A stretch of DNA of 64,000 nucleotides from Aureliella sp. (GTDB taxonomy: Bacteria > Planctomycetota > Planctomycetia > Pirellulales > Pirellulaceae), in contig OY829846.1 in assembly GCA_963691875.1 (NCBI GenBank), forward strand, positions 2,432,001 through 2,496,000. Direction: 5' to 3'. Each line of letters starts with the position of its first letter. Position 1 is the first letter of the stretch. Below are positions 48,064 through 57,311 of the stretch, in pieces. A program made the translations under genes and the position numbers. The notes beneath the pieces are model-generated. The model had not been told where the DNA came from. It did no database searches and worked only from the letters and a program-made list of their open reading frames with translations.

Positions 48064-50244
48064 ATGATGAGAATTATATTTGCCATCTTGATGGCTGTTT
48101 TGATGGGCGTAATGCCCAACGTCACTCCGGCTGTCGGTGCTGAAGGCAAGGGCGGGACGCGCGACGAAGCCGTCGACTTCAAGAACGATTTGATTCCCAT
48201 GTTTACGAAGTTGGGGTGCAACGCCGGGAAATGCCACGGCTCAGCGATTGGGCGCGGTGATTTCAAGTTGTCGCTATACGGAGGAACGCCAGAAGCCGAC
48301 TATGACGAGATTGTGCGGAGATTGGGCGGACGGCGCATTGACTTGAACGCCCCCGAGTCGAGTCTCATCTACCAAAAGCCGGCTGAATTTGTCGAGCACG
48401 GTGGCGGCACGATTATCGACGACGACGATCAAAACGCTCATTTGTTAACCAAGTGGATTGAACAGGGGGCAAAGTATGTCGAACATCGCCAGCTGAAACG
48501 TGTCGACGTGATTCCGAATAGGTTTGTTGCGACCAAAGTCGGTGCCGAAACACCGTTGAAAGTCGTGGCTCACTACGACGATGGTTTAACTCGTGTTGTT
48601 ACGAACCTGACCCAATTTGTCGCCGATGATGCATCGGCGGTCACCATCGATAGCGACAGCGCGACTGCCAAGGTCGTACGTCCTGGTCGGCACATCGTAA
48701 TTGCGAGGTACTCGACCGAAGTCATTCCGATCGAAATTTTGGTCCCAATCACTGAGTCGGTTGTCGACCTCTCTTCCGAGCCTCGCGACAACTATGTGGA
48801 CAAGGAGATTTTCAATTCGCTCTCCGAGCTACGTTTGCCGGTTTCGCCGCCAGTTGACGACCCAACCTTTCTGCGCCGTATCACGCTGGACCTGACCGGG
48901 CAGTTGCCTGAATACAAAAGCGAAACCCATTCAGGGCGTTTGAATCGAGAAGCGGTCGTCGATGCATTGCTCGCCTCTGAGGAGTTTGTCGATTTCTATA
49001 CCTTGAAATTGGCCAAGCTCCTGAGAGTTCAATCCAAGATTGACAAGAACAAAGTCACCACGACTCCTGAAGCGGCACGGGCCTTTCACGATTGGCTCGC
49101 CAAGCAATTGCGTGTTGGCACGGGCTATAACGAGATGGCCCGAAAAATAATTACCGCTACTGGCGACTCGTCCCAGTATGGTCCCGCAACCTTTTTCACT
49201 TTGGTTGAAGATCCAAGACTGCAAACGGAATTCGTCACCGAGGTTTTCATGGGAAGCCGGATGAAGTGCGCCAACTGTCACAACCATCCACTCGACAAAT
49301 GGACACAAGATGATTTCCATGGCCTGACTGCGATGTTCTCCAAGCTCACGCGAAGCCAAGTCATTCGGCTCAACCCCATTGGCAAGAACATCCACCCGAA
49401 TACCGGAGAAGCTGCCTCGATGAAGATTCCCGGGGGGGATTTTCTACCAAAGGATACGAACGATGGGCGAGAAGCGTTTGCTGACTGGCTGACCGCGCGC
49501 GAAAACCCATACTTTGCCAAGGCGATCGTTAACCGGTTATGGAAATCGCTGATGGGGCGAGGCCTGGTGGAGCCAGTCGACGATTTCCGTTCAACCAACC
49601 CCGCAACCCACCCGGCATTGCTCAATCAATTGGCTGACGACTTCAGCGAGAACGGCTATGACATTCGCCATACTTTGAAAGTCATCGCGATGAGTTCGGC
49701 GTATGCCCGTAGTTCGATTCCGGTCGAAGGAAACCAGACAGATAATCGGTTTTATTCGCACATGGTCCATAAGCCGCTCGAACCTGAGGTAGTCGCGGAT
49801 GCAATCTCAGACGTGCTGGGGGTGGCAGCCCAATATGGCGATGAAATCCCGGGAACGCGTGCTGTCGAACTGCGCGATGGAGCCATTCAATCCGACACAC
49901 TCGACATTCTTGGTCGTTGTAACCGATCCAGCTCCTGCGAAGGAGCACCCTCGCCAACCGGGCCGTTGGCACAAAAGCTTCACCTTTTCAACGGGGAACT
50001 GTTGAACAGCAGAATCAGCGCAGAAGGTGGGCGACTCGACAAGCTGATCAAATCCAAAAAAACGCCGATGGAAATTGTCGACGAGTTTTACCAGGTTGCA
50101 TTGAATCGACAGCCTAACAAGCAAGAAATCAAATTCCTTTCTCAACTGTTCGACGACAAAAAAACTTCCGCTTATCAAAGTGAATGTCTCGAAGATTTTG
50201 TCTGGAGCATCGTGACCAGCAAGGAATTTGCCATGAATCATTAA
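48064..50244 (+). CDS. DUF1549/DUF1553 protein with Ig-like insert
   Basis: GCNAGKCHG, FLRRITLDLTG, CANCHNHP, NPYFAKAIVNRLW, NPATHPALL. Confidence 0.92.
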   Translation: MMRIIFAILMAVLMGVMPNVTPAVGAEGKGGTRDEAVDFKNDLIPMFTKLGCNAGKCHGSAIGRGDFKLSLYGGTPEADYDEIVRRLGGRRIDLNAPESSLIYQKPAEFVEHGGGTIIDDDDQNAHLLTKWIEQGAKYVEHRQLKRVDVIPNRFVATKVGAETPLKVVAHYDDGLTRVVTNLTQFVADDASAVTIDSDSATAKVVRPGRHIVIARYSTEVIPIEILVPITESVVDLSSEPRDNYVDKEIFNSLSELRLPVSPPVDDPTFLRRITLDLTGQLPEYKSETHSGRLNREAVVDALLASEEFVDFYTLKLAKLLRVQSKIDKNKVTTTPEAARAFHDWLAKQLRVGTGYNEMARKIITATGDSSQYGPATFFTLVEDPRLQTEFVTEVFMGSRMKCANCHNHPLDKWTQDDFHGLTAMFSKLTRSQVIRLNPIGKNIHPNTGEAASMKIPGGDFLPKDTNDGREAFADWLTARENPYFAKAIVNRLWKSLMGRGLVEPVDDFRSTNPATHPALLNQLADDFSENGYDIRHTLKVIAMSSAYARSSIPVEGNQTDNRFYSHMVHKPLEPEVVADAISDVLGVAAQYGDEIPGTRAVELRDGAIQSDTLDILGRCNRSSSCEGAPSPTGPLAQKLHLFNGELLNSRISAEGGRLDKLIKSKKTPMEIVDEFYQVALNRQPNKQEIKFLSQLFDDKKTSAYQSECLEDFVWSIVTSKEFAMNH

Positions 50245-50327
50245 GACGCACGAAATATCGCCAGAAAACTGCTCAATGCTTCGAGTCCACAGAAGATGCA
50301 CCAAAACCAAACAAACGAAGAAGATTG

Positions 50328-51710
50328 ATGAACATATCCAAGCGATGCGACGGCGTTACTCGCCGCAATTTTGTCCGCGTCGGAGGCCTCACAGCCTTGG
50401 GACTGGGCATGGGTGATTTCTTCCGTTTACAACGAGCAATGGCGGCCAGCCCGATCTCTCATTCAAATAGAAAAGCCAAGGCCAAATCGTGCATTCTGAT
50501 TTGGCTTGACGGTGGAGCGAGCCATCTCGATACATTTGACCCCAAACCCAAGGCACCATCCGAAGTCCGCGGGCCGTTTGATTCAATCAACACCAAACTG
50601 ACCGGTATCCGCATCAGTGAACATCTGCGTCAGACTGCGAAGATGCTGGACAAGCTGGCTTTGATTCGCAGTGTGACCTCGCCGTTTGGAGTGCACAACT
50701 TCGCGATACAGTACTTGATGACTGGTTACAAACCAACTCCGGCAATTGAGTATCCCAGCATCGCTTCGGCGGTTGCCCATCTGCAACCAAACTCTGGCGT
50801 TTTGCCATCCAATATCGCGGTTCCAAATTTGATTTCACGTGACGCCGCATCGATCGGAAATGGGTTTCTTCCTAACAGCACCAAACATTTTTCTTTGGGC
50901 AGCGATCCCGGAAAGTCGAGCTACAAGGTTCGCGACCTGGATTTTTACCAAGGACTTGATCTTTCGCGGCTCGACCGCCGTCGCAAGATCGTCAATGCGA
51001 TGAACGAGTTCGGCAATCTGAAATCCAAAGCAAACGGTCCAAGCGATCCTGATTTAGAGCGTGCCTACAACCTGATCGCATCCAAGGAGGCCAAAACGGC
51101 GTTTAATCTGGAAGAAGAACCGATGAAGGTCCGTGAACGGTACACCATTGATCCACGGGCCAACCTCCAGGATTCCAATAACATTGGTCAACAATGCCTG
51201 CTGGCCCGGCGGCTGGTCGAACGAGGCGTTCCGTTTGTCACCGTGAACAATACCGGCTGGGATAACCATCTTGATTTGGCGACTTATGCAAACCGTCATC
51301 CAGGAGATCCCCGTTCGGCCTCGCATGCTCTGATACCAGGTCTGGATAAGGCACTTAGCGCGCTGATTGGAGATCTGTCTGATCGGGCGATGCTCGATGA
51401 AACGCTGGTTGTGGTCATGACGGATTTTGGCCGGACGCCAAAAATCAACAGCACAGGGGGCCGAGACCACTGGCCGAAGTGTTTCAGTGTGGCTATGGCA
51501 GGTGGTGGCGTGAAAAGTGGACAGGTGATCGGCGAAAGTGACTCGTTGGGCGAATTCGTCAAAGACCGGCCAATCACTCCCGGCGATCTTTCAGCAACAA
51601 TCTATGCGCTCCTTGGATTCGATCCCGGGTATGAATTGCATACGCCTGATGGCCGCCCCATTCGTCTCGCGCCGCAGGAGTCGAAAGTGATCAAGGAGTT
51701 GGTGGCATGA
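50328..51710 (+). CDS. DUF1501 domain protein
   Basis: CDGVTRRNF, ILIWLDGGASHLDTFD, LLARRLVERGV, WDNH, DFGRTP, GRDHW. Confidence 0.93.
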   Translation: MNISKRCDGVTRRNFVRVGGLTALGLGMGDFFRLQRAMAASPISHSNRKAKAKSCILIWLDGGASHLDTFDPKPKAPSEVRGPFDSINTKLTGIRISEHLRQTAKMLDKLALIRSVTSPFGVHNFAIQYLMTGYKPTPAIEYPSIASAVAHLQPNSGVLPSNIAVPNLISRDAASIGNGFLPNSTKHFSLGSDPGKSSYKVRDLDFYQGLDLSRLDRRRKIVNAMNEFGNLKSKANGPSDPDLERAYNLIASKEAKTAFNLEEEPMKVRERYTIDPRANLQDSNNIGQQCLLARRLVERGVPFVTVNNTGWDNHLDLATYANRHPGDPRSASHALIPGLDKALSALIGDLSDRAMLDETLVVVMTDFGRTPKINSTGGRDHWPKCFSVAMAGGGVKSGQVIGESDSLGEFVKDRPITPGDLSATIYALLGFDPGYELHTPDGRPIRLAPQESKVIKELVA

Positions 51711-52672
51711 CTAACCGAATAGGTGGTTGCCTGTTCAAGTCATCCTTCGGCGTAAGTTCGATCGTGATGGTCTCGTTGTTTACGGCATCCACGCTCCGAG
51801 CCCAAACCTCACCCATCACGGACATCGCATTCGCGCCCGATGGCAAATCACTTGTCAGTTGCTCGCAACAAGGTTTGCAAGTTTTCAGCTGGCCTGAGTT
51901 ACGTGTGCAAAAGACAATCAAGGCTTCATCTGCAAATTTGCACTGCGTCGTTTTTTCGCCAGATGGCAAGCGACTCGCGGTAGGAGGCGGAACTCCATCT
52001 GTAGAAGGCGCCGTTGAAGTTTTCTCGTGGCCTGAATTCAAGTCACAAATGAAGTTGTCGAAGCACGATGATTCCGTCGTGGCAGTTGCTTGGCGAGGTA
52101 TCAACAGTCTGGTCGCCGCGAGTCTCGATCGTTCGTTAACCCAATGGAATCCGGAAACGAGAGAGTTGGTTACGACCTATCGAGGTCACTCGCGTGGAGT
52201 AAGCTCGGCATGCATTCTAAAGACGGGAGAAATGGTGACTGCCGGCCACGATCAATCGGTTCGCGTGTGGAACGGCGAAACGGGAGCGTTGATGCTCAGT
52301 TTGAACCAACACTCCAAGCCCATTAATTCAATGGCAGTCTGTCCCGCATCAGCAGGCAAACCCATGGTCGCCACGGCTGCGGAAGATCGCACCATTCGTT
52401 TCTGGCAACCCACGATTGGCCGCATGATGCGTTATGTCCGGCTTGATTCCGAACCGCTTGATATCGCATGGATGAGTGAATCACAGATTGTCGCCAGTTG
52501 TGTTGACGGCCAAGCGCGTGTGGTCGACACCGATAATGTCGAGGTCCTCCATACGATTCCGGTGATCAAAGGCTGGGCCTACGCAGTCGCCCGCCATCCG
52601 CATGACGGAACCCTTGCCATCGCAGGCAGCGACGGCCAGCTCCGTCGAGTCGGACTTCAAGCATCGAATTAG
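51707..52672 (+). CDS. WD40-repeat protein
   Basis: FAPDGK, FSPDGK, GHSRGV..GHDQSVRVWN, EDRTIRFW. Confidence 0.92.
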   Translation: MTNRIGGCLFKSSFGVSSIVMVSLFTASTLRAQTSPITDIAFAPDGKSLVSCSQQGLQVFSWPELRVQKTIKASSANLHCVVFSPDGKRLAVGGGTPSVEGAVEVFSWPEFKSQMKLSKHDDSVVAVAWRGINSLVAASLDRSLTQWNPETRELVTTYRGHSRGVSSACILKTGEMVTAGHDQSVRVWNGETGALMLSLNQHSKPINSMAVCPASAGKPMVATAAEDRTIRFWQPTIGRMMRYVRLDSEPLDIAWMSESQIVASCVDGQARVVDTDNVEVLHTIPVIKGWAYAVARHPHDGTLAIAGSDGQLRRVGLQASN

Positions 52673-52679
52673 AGTTGCG

Positions 52680-52704
52680 CTCCACAACTCCTCCAGTTGT
52701 GGAG
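52680..52704. terminator. Perfect hairpin after the WD40 gene
   Basis: CTCCACAACT-CCTCC-AGTTGTGGAG; no clear T-run. Confidence 0.45.
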
Positions 52705-52939
52705 AATTCTCCGAGACAGAAGTCAGATCATCCGTCGCGGTTTCGCGGAAGATCCAATCTGCTGAGGTTGGACAAACTTAAGCCGCATCGGCGTTTCGAC
52801 CGAAGCCCGAAATCCGACGGGCAAGGTGGCTCTTAGGTCCTGCAAACAGATCACGCAAGTATTGCCATAAAATGGCTGCAGACCATTAGTTGGGATGTTT
52901 GCAGTTCGACAACACCGCGCCGAAAAAGTTCTAACCTTG

Positions 52940-53128
52940 TCTTATCGCCCCAACTTGAAATTAAAACAGTTCGCCTCATGGCGAGCTGTTTTTCTCGGAG
53001 TTTCAACGCCGCACTGTTTTCCCATTTTGTTTTGGCGGTTCAAACGTGCCCCGATGTCACCATTGCGATCCGTTGTCTTCCGTAACTTCCTGCCCGGTAA
53101 CCATTTAGCGAGTTCAAATCCCGTCGCC
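52940..53128 (+). repeat. att-like module, copy 2
   Basis: TCTTATCGCCCCAACTT (14/17 to the tRNA-Pro 3' end), hairpin AACAGTTCGCC-TCAT-GGCGAGCTGTT, identical 30-mer at 53099-53128. Confidence 0.85.
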
Positions 53129-53723
53129 TCCTCAGAGAGGCTCCGGCAGAGGTTAGGGCCTCGCTACGCCGTTGTAGCTGCAGAGATCGCAATCAACGCC
53201 TCAACTTGCAGGCAACTAGATTCTGCCGAAGTCGATGCAACCGACTTCACGAGGAAATCACCGCTCGTGCTCGCGGTGTGGGGACCGAAGCGAGTGACGC
53301 GTTTCGCACGTTACTGACTCAGGCGACTGGATTCGAGTCCAAGCAGGGTGAGCTTTCGGACTCTACGTAAACATTAGAACCTCGATGACTAACTGCGGTC
53401 GAGGGTTTCTTTTTTGTGCACAAGGCTCGGCCCGTGTTCGAACAACTCCGGAGTCCAGCCGAGACTGTTAATTTGGCGGGTAGTTTCGATCTGGCTATAG
53501 TTCTGAGGGCAAGTTTTGGGCTTTGGACGACATCATGAGTGCTCGAATTCAGATTGCTGAGGTTATCAACGAACATGTGCAAGAAGGGGAGGCGAGTCGT
53601 GCTGGCTCCCCCAAGCTGAAAGCTTGAGCACTATGCCGTTCACTCAGCAGGGTGTGGTGACATTGCGCCCAAAATGGAAAAAAAATGTCAGGATTTCGTT
53701 TCGGCATCCGTTCTACTTCTGTT

Positions 53724-54248
53724 ATGGCACTTTCCGAGCATCACATTCTCCGCATCCTTATGAAATCCCGCGACCGAATTGCGGCAGCGGCGTGGGTTGT
53801 TGTTCGTGATGCTCAGGCGGCAGAAGACATCTTTCAAAATGTCGCTATCAAGGCGATGACGAAGGAAGTCAGCTTCGACGCGGAAGGGGCAGTGCATTCG
53901 TGGGCGTTTATTACGGCTCGACGGGAAGGCATTGATTGGGTGCGACGGCATCGAGGCGAATTACCGTTTCTGGATGCAGAAGTCCTCACTCTGCTTGAGA
54001 GAGATTGGCTGACTGAGAGCCAACATGAAGATTCCCGAGCGGAAGCACTACGTAGTTGTCTTGGCGAATTGCCTCAGAAATCTGGCAAGCTACTTCAGTT
54101 GCGTTATTTTGAGGGCCTTACCTGTGGGGCGATTTCCGAACGCCTCGATGTGGGACTCAACGCAATCTACAAAAGGTTGTCTCGACTGCATCAAGCTTTG
54201 AAGGAGTGTGTTGAAACGCGTCTCGCAGATGCAAAGGCGGACACATGA
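53724..54248 (+). CDS. ECF sigma-70 factor
   Basis: AAEDIFQNV..WAFITAR; LPQKSGKLLQLRYF..LNAIYKRLSRL; start placed at MALSE. Confidence 0.92.
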   Translation: MALSEHHILRILMKSRDRIAAAAWVVVRDAQAAEDIFQNVAIKAMTKEVSFDAEGAVHSWAFITARREGIDWVRRHRGELPFLDAEVLTLLERDWLTESQHEDSRAEALRSCLGELPQKSGKLLQLRYFEGLTCGAISERLDVGLNAIYKRLSRLHQALKECVETRLADAKADT

Positions 54249-55648
54249 ATGAACACAATTCCATGCTCGAATTGTTGTTGCGTTATCTCGACAACGAATT
54301 GCCTGCGGACGAACGAACGGCCGTCGAAGACCTTCTGCGACGCGACTCTGCAGCGCGGGAGTTGGTCCGTGAAATCGCTCGGCAGGCAGTGGTCATTGCG
54401 GATGTTGCACGCGTCTGCAGCTCGGCGGACAGTGAGGGAACGGACGATCTATCCAGCGAAACGGAACCCAGCCAAACAGTACCAAGCGATATCCGGGGAC
54501 CTGTGGCAACGCGCCGGAAATCGCTGATGGCGGTTGCCGCCACTGCTCTTCTTGTGGTGACGGCAAGCTTGTTCCGTCAAGGCGGTGAGCCAGAGATCGC
54601 AACAATCACGGCACTGAACGGTCCGGTTCAGTGGATCGGCAGTGGTGGTCGCGTGACGGAGGAACTTGTCGTGGGCGGAACTCTGCCTGGTGGAACGATC
54701 GAACTGCTGGGTTCGGATTCATGGCTCGAGTTTAAATTTTTCGATGAATCGACAGTCACACTCGCGGGGCAAACAGCAGTCACTGTTTCTGAACGGAAGC
54801 AAAAGAAACTGCACCTACGATATGGCAGTATTTCTGCCAGCGTCCAGCCACAGCCACCCAATCGCCCCATGCTGGTGCACACTACCACTGCTGAATTACG
54901 GGTTCTGGGCACGCAGTTCAATGTCGATGCTCTGCCTGAAGCGACGCGGCTCACTGTGAATGAAGGTCGCGTACGACTGAAGCGGTTGAGGGATGGGAGA
55001 GAAGTCGATGTGCCAGCGAAGCACGAGGTGACGGCTTCGTTGAAAGATCAAAATGGATTGCCTCTGAGCGTACGAGGAAGAGCCGTTTCTGTTTGGAAGA
55101 GCAATCTGAGGGTAGATGTTATTCGGGGAAAGTGGCTGTCTGATCATTGGATGCTCGGAATGCAGCTCAAGAGAGCCGTCCGGAGTGGTGAGATGAACAA
55201 GGCGGATGCCGTAGAGGCTTTCAAAAACGCAGCGGCCCTGGACGCTGATGGCGGGAGCATCTGGGCCGATGCTTCGCCATACGGATCGTTGGTCCTTTTG
55301 TCGGTGGCGCAGTCGTCTTCGGTGCCGGTCACGCTTAACGCCAACACAATCATCCGTATCGAAGGCCGACTGCATTCACCCGGTGCAGTGAAGTTTGGTA
55401 TCACGACGAAGAAGGCAGCCGGGGGGTTCGGTGGGAAATACAGCATCACCGTTGAAGATAACGTCCTGCGTGGTGACGATCCGGGCAGCGACGATAACTC
55501 GTTTGTGGTTGAACTGCCACTGAACAAGTTCAACGAAGAAACTGAGTTTGGTGACTCGTTGATTGGAAAAGAGCTCAGTGACTGGTGGTGTGTGGGCCAG
55601 TCATCGTCAGCGAAACTTGAGATCACCAACGTCGAATTGATTGAGTAA
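54245..55648 (+). CDS. FecR-like anti-sigma factor (paralogue of 45002-46417)
   Basis: 4-bp overlap with the sigma gene; TM AVAATALLVV; TTAELRVLGTQFNV; shared W.G.GG.V.EEL..GGTIE. Confidence 0.88.
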   Translation: MNEHNSMLELLLRYLDNELPADERTAVEDLLRRDSAARELVREIARQAVVIADVARVCSSADSEGTDDLSSETEPSQTVPSDIRGPVATRRKSLMAVAATALLVVTASLFRQGGEPEIATITALNGPVQWIGSGGRVTEELVVGGTLPGGTIELLGSDSWLEFKFFDESTVTLAGQTAVTVSERKQKKLHLRYGSISASVQPQPPNRPMLVHTTTAELRVLGTQFNVDALPEATRLTVNEGRVRLKRLRDGREVDVPAKHEVTASLKDQNGLPLSVRGRAVSVWKSNLRVDVIRGKWLSDHWMLGMQLKRAVRSGEMNKADAVEAFKNAAALDADGGSIWADASPYGSLVLLSVAQSSSVPVTLNANTIIRIEGRLHSPGAVKFGITTKKAAGGFGGKYSITVEDNVLRGDDPGSDDNSFVVELPLNKFNEETEFGDSLIGKELSDWWCVGQSSSAKLEITNVELIE

Positions 55649-55748
55649 TCTTGGACAAGATTTTCCACCCCTACAGCTTCACGCCCGTTTCTTAATCCCT
55701 TCAGATGAATCTATGTTGTCAAAGAAGCCAAGCTCGTACCCCGAAGCC

Positions 55749-57257
55749 ATGAAACATATCGCCTTCACATTGATCACCTTGGTCCTATCTCAATTCGCAG
55801 ACGCCGATGAGCACTGGAACCAGTTCCGCGGCCACTCAGGAAACGGTATTTCCTCTGAGAAGAGCCCACCGGTAGAGTTCGACGAAGCCAGAAACGTTCG
55901 CTGGAAGACCAGAATTCCAGACTCCGGCTGGTCATCACCTGTGGTGTGGGGCAATGAAATCTGGCTAACCACCGGCAGCGACGAGAACAGAGAACTCCGC
56001 GCGATCTGTGTCGATGTCGGAACTGGCAAGATCATAAGGAACATCAAGGTGTTTGATATGATCGAGCGCAAAGTTGACTCGGCGTACGCCTTTGACTCTC
56101 CACATCTGAACAGTCCGGCAACACCGACGTCGGTGGTGGAAGAGGATCGACTCTACGTTAGCTTCGGCTCGCAAGGGATCGCATGCCTGGACCGCCAAAC
56201 AGGCGAGAACATCTGGGAGCGCCGAGACCTGCGAATCTACCAACCGGTTCGGCAAGGCTCTTCGCCCATCGTGGACGATGAGAACCTGTATGTGGCGTTC
56301 GACGGCACGGACCAACAGTTCTTTGTGGCACTAGACAAAGAAACCGGCGACACGCGTTGGAAGGTCGATCGCAACGTTGATACCGATTATCGCGCGGCGC
56401 TTTCTGACCGTGGGCTGTCTCCGAAGAAGGGCGGCAAGCCGAACGATAACAAGAAATCGTTTGCAACGGCCACGTTGATTGAAGTCGAGGGGCAACGTCA
56501 ACTCATTGCACCTGCGGCAGAGGCGATCATTTCCTACGATCCAGTGACGGGTAAAGAGCTGTGGCGAACGGTGCATCCCGGGGGGTTCAATGTGGCTGCA
56601 CGCCCCATATATGCAAGCGGCTTGGTTTTTGTATTCACCAGTGGTTTGAATAATCACCTGATGGGGATTCGGCCAGACGGAACTGGAACTGTAACAGATT
56701 CCCACATTGCTTGGTCCACTTATAGAAGCACGCCGGAAATCCCCTCGCCCGTTATCGTTAACGATTTGCTGTTCATGGTAACTGCCAAGGGCGGCATCGC
56801 TCGCTGTCTTGACGCGAAGACTGGCGACGAGATTTGGAAGAAACGACTTGGCGGAGACCATTGGGCATCACCGATTCTCGCGGATGGAAAGCTCTACTTC
56901 AGTAGCAAGCTAGGTGAAATCACGGTGCTCACGGCGACCGAGGACGATCCCCAGACGCTCGCATCGAATAAACTGAACGCAGAGTTCATTGCTTCGCCTG
57001 CCGTTGCCGGCGACTCGCTGATTCTTAGGTCAACGACGCATTTGTACTGCATTACTGACGGACATTATCGCACTCCAGAGCAGGTCGCTGCTGACGTTTA
57101 TCCGAAACGACGCGAAAAGGGACAAAGCAGGGCGAAGAATACCTCGCCAAACGAAGGCCTTGCGGCCCTCAGTAGTCAGCTAAGGGAAATGGTCAAAGCC
57201 GGAAAACTAACGCGTAAGGAAGCTTTCGAGCTGTATCAAACTGCCGCAGGCAAGTGA
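55749..57257 (+). CDS. Secreted PQQ-like (BamB-type) beta-propeller protein with SHOCT-like C-terminal tail
   Basis: WNQFRG, SSPVV, repeated LDxxTGxxxW motifs; C-terminus LREMVKAGKLTRKEAFELY. Confidence 0.9.
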   Translation: MKHIAFTLITLVLSQFADADEHWNQFRGHSGNGISSEKSPPVEFDEARNVRWKTRIPDSGWSSPVVWGNEIWLTTGSDENRELRAICVDVGTGKIIRNIKVFDMIERKVDSAYAFDSPHLNSPATPTSVVEEDRLYVSFGSQGIACLDRQTGENIWERRDLRIYQPVRQGSSPIVDDENLYVAFDGTDQQFFVALDKETGDTRWKVDRNVDTDYRAALSDRGLSPKKGGKPNDNKKSFATATLIEVEGQRQLIAPAAEAIISYDPVTGKELWRTVHPGGFNVAARPIYASGLVFVFTSGLNNHLMGIRPDGTGTVTDSHIAWSTYRSTPEIPSPVIVNDLLFMVTAKGGIARCLDAKTGDEIWKKRLGGDHWASPILADGKLYFSSKLGEITVLTATEDDPQTLASNKLNAEFIASPAVAGDSLILRSTTHLYCITDGHYRTPEQVAADVYPKRREKGQSRAKNTSPNEGLAALSSQLREMVKAGKLTRKEAFELYQTAAGK

Positions 57258-57311
57258 TATCAATCCAATCTGTAACATTTCAGCCTCCGTTTAGTAGGGG
57301 AAGAATCAAGT

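Larger units (their letters stand above)
43948..52956 (+). mobile_element. Putative genomic island 1 at tRNA-Pro (no integrase seen)
   Basis: Bounded by the tRNA 3' end and a 14/17 copy of it at 52940-52956; contains a self-contained ECF operon. Confidence 0.65.

Noticed and set aside
50184..50327. N-terminal extension of DUF1501 in the ORF track
   Set aside because: Overlaps the upstream gene; the Tat-like start MNISKRCDGVTRR at 50328 fits the family
52895..53317. 140-aa ORF spanning the att-like module
   Set aside because: Overlaps a terminator-like hairpin and a repeat that is non-coding in its other copy
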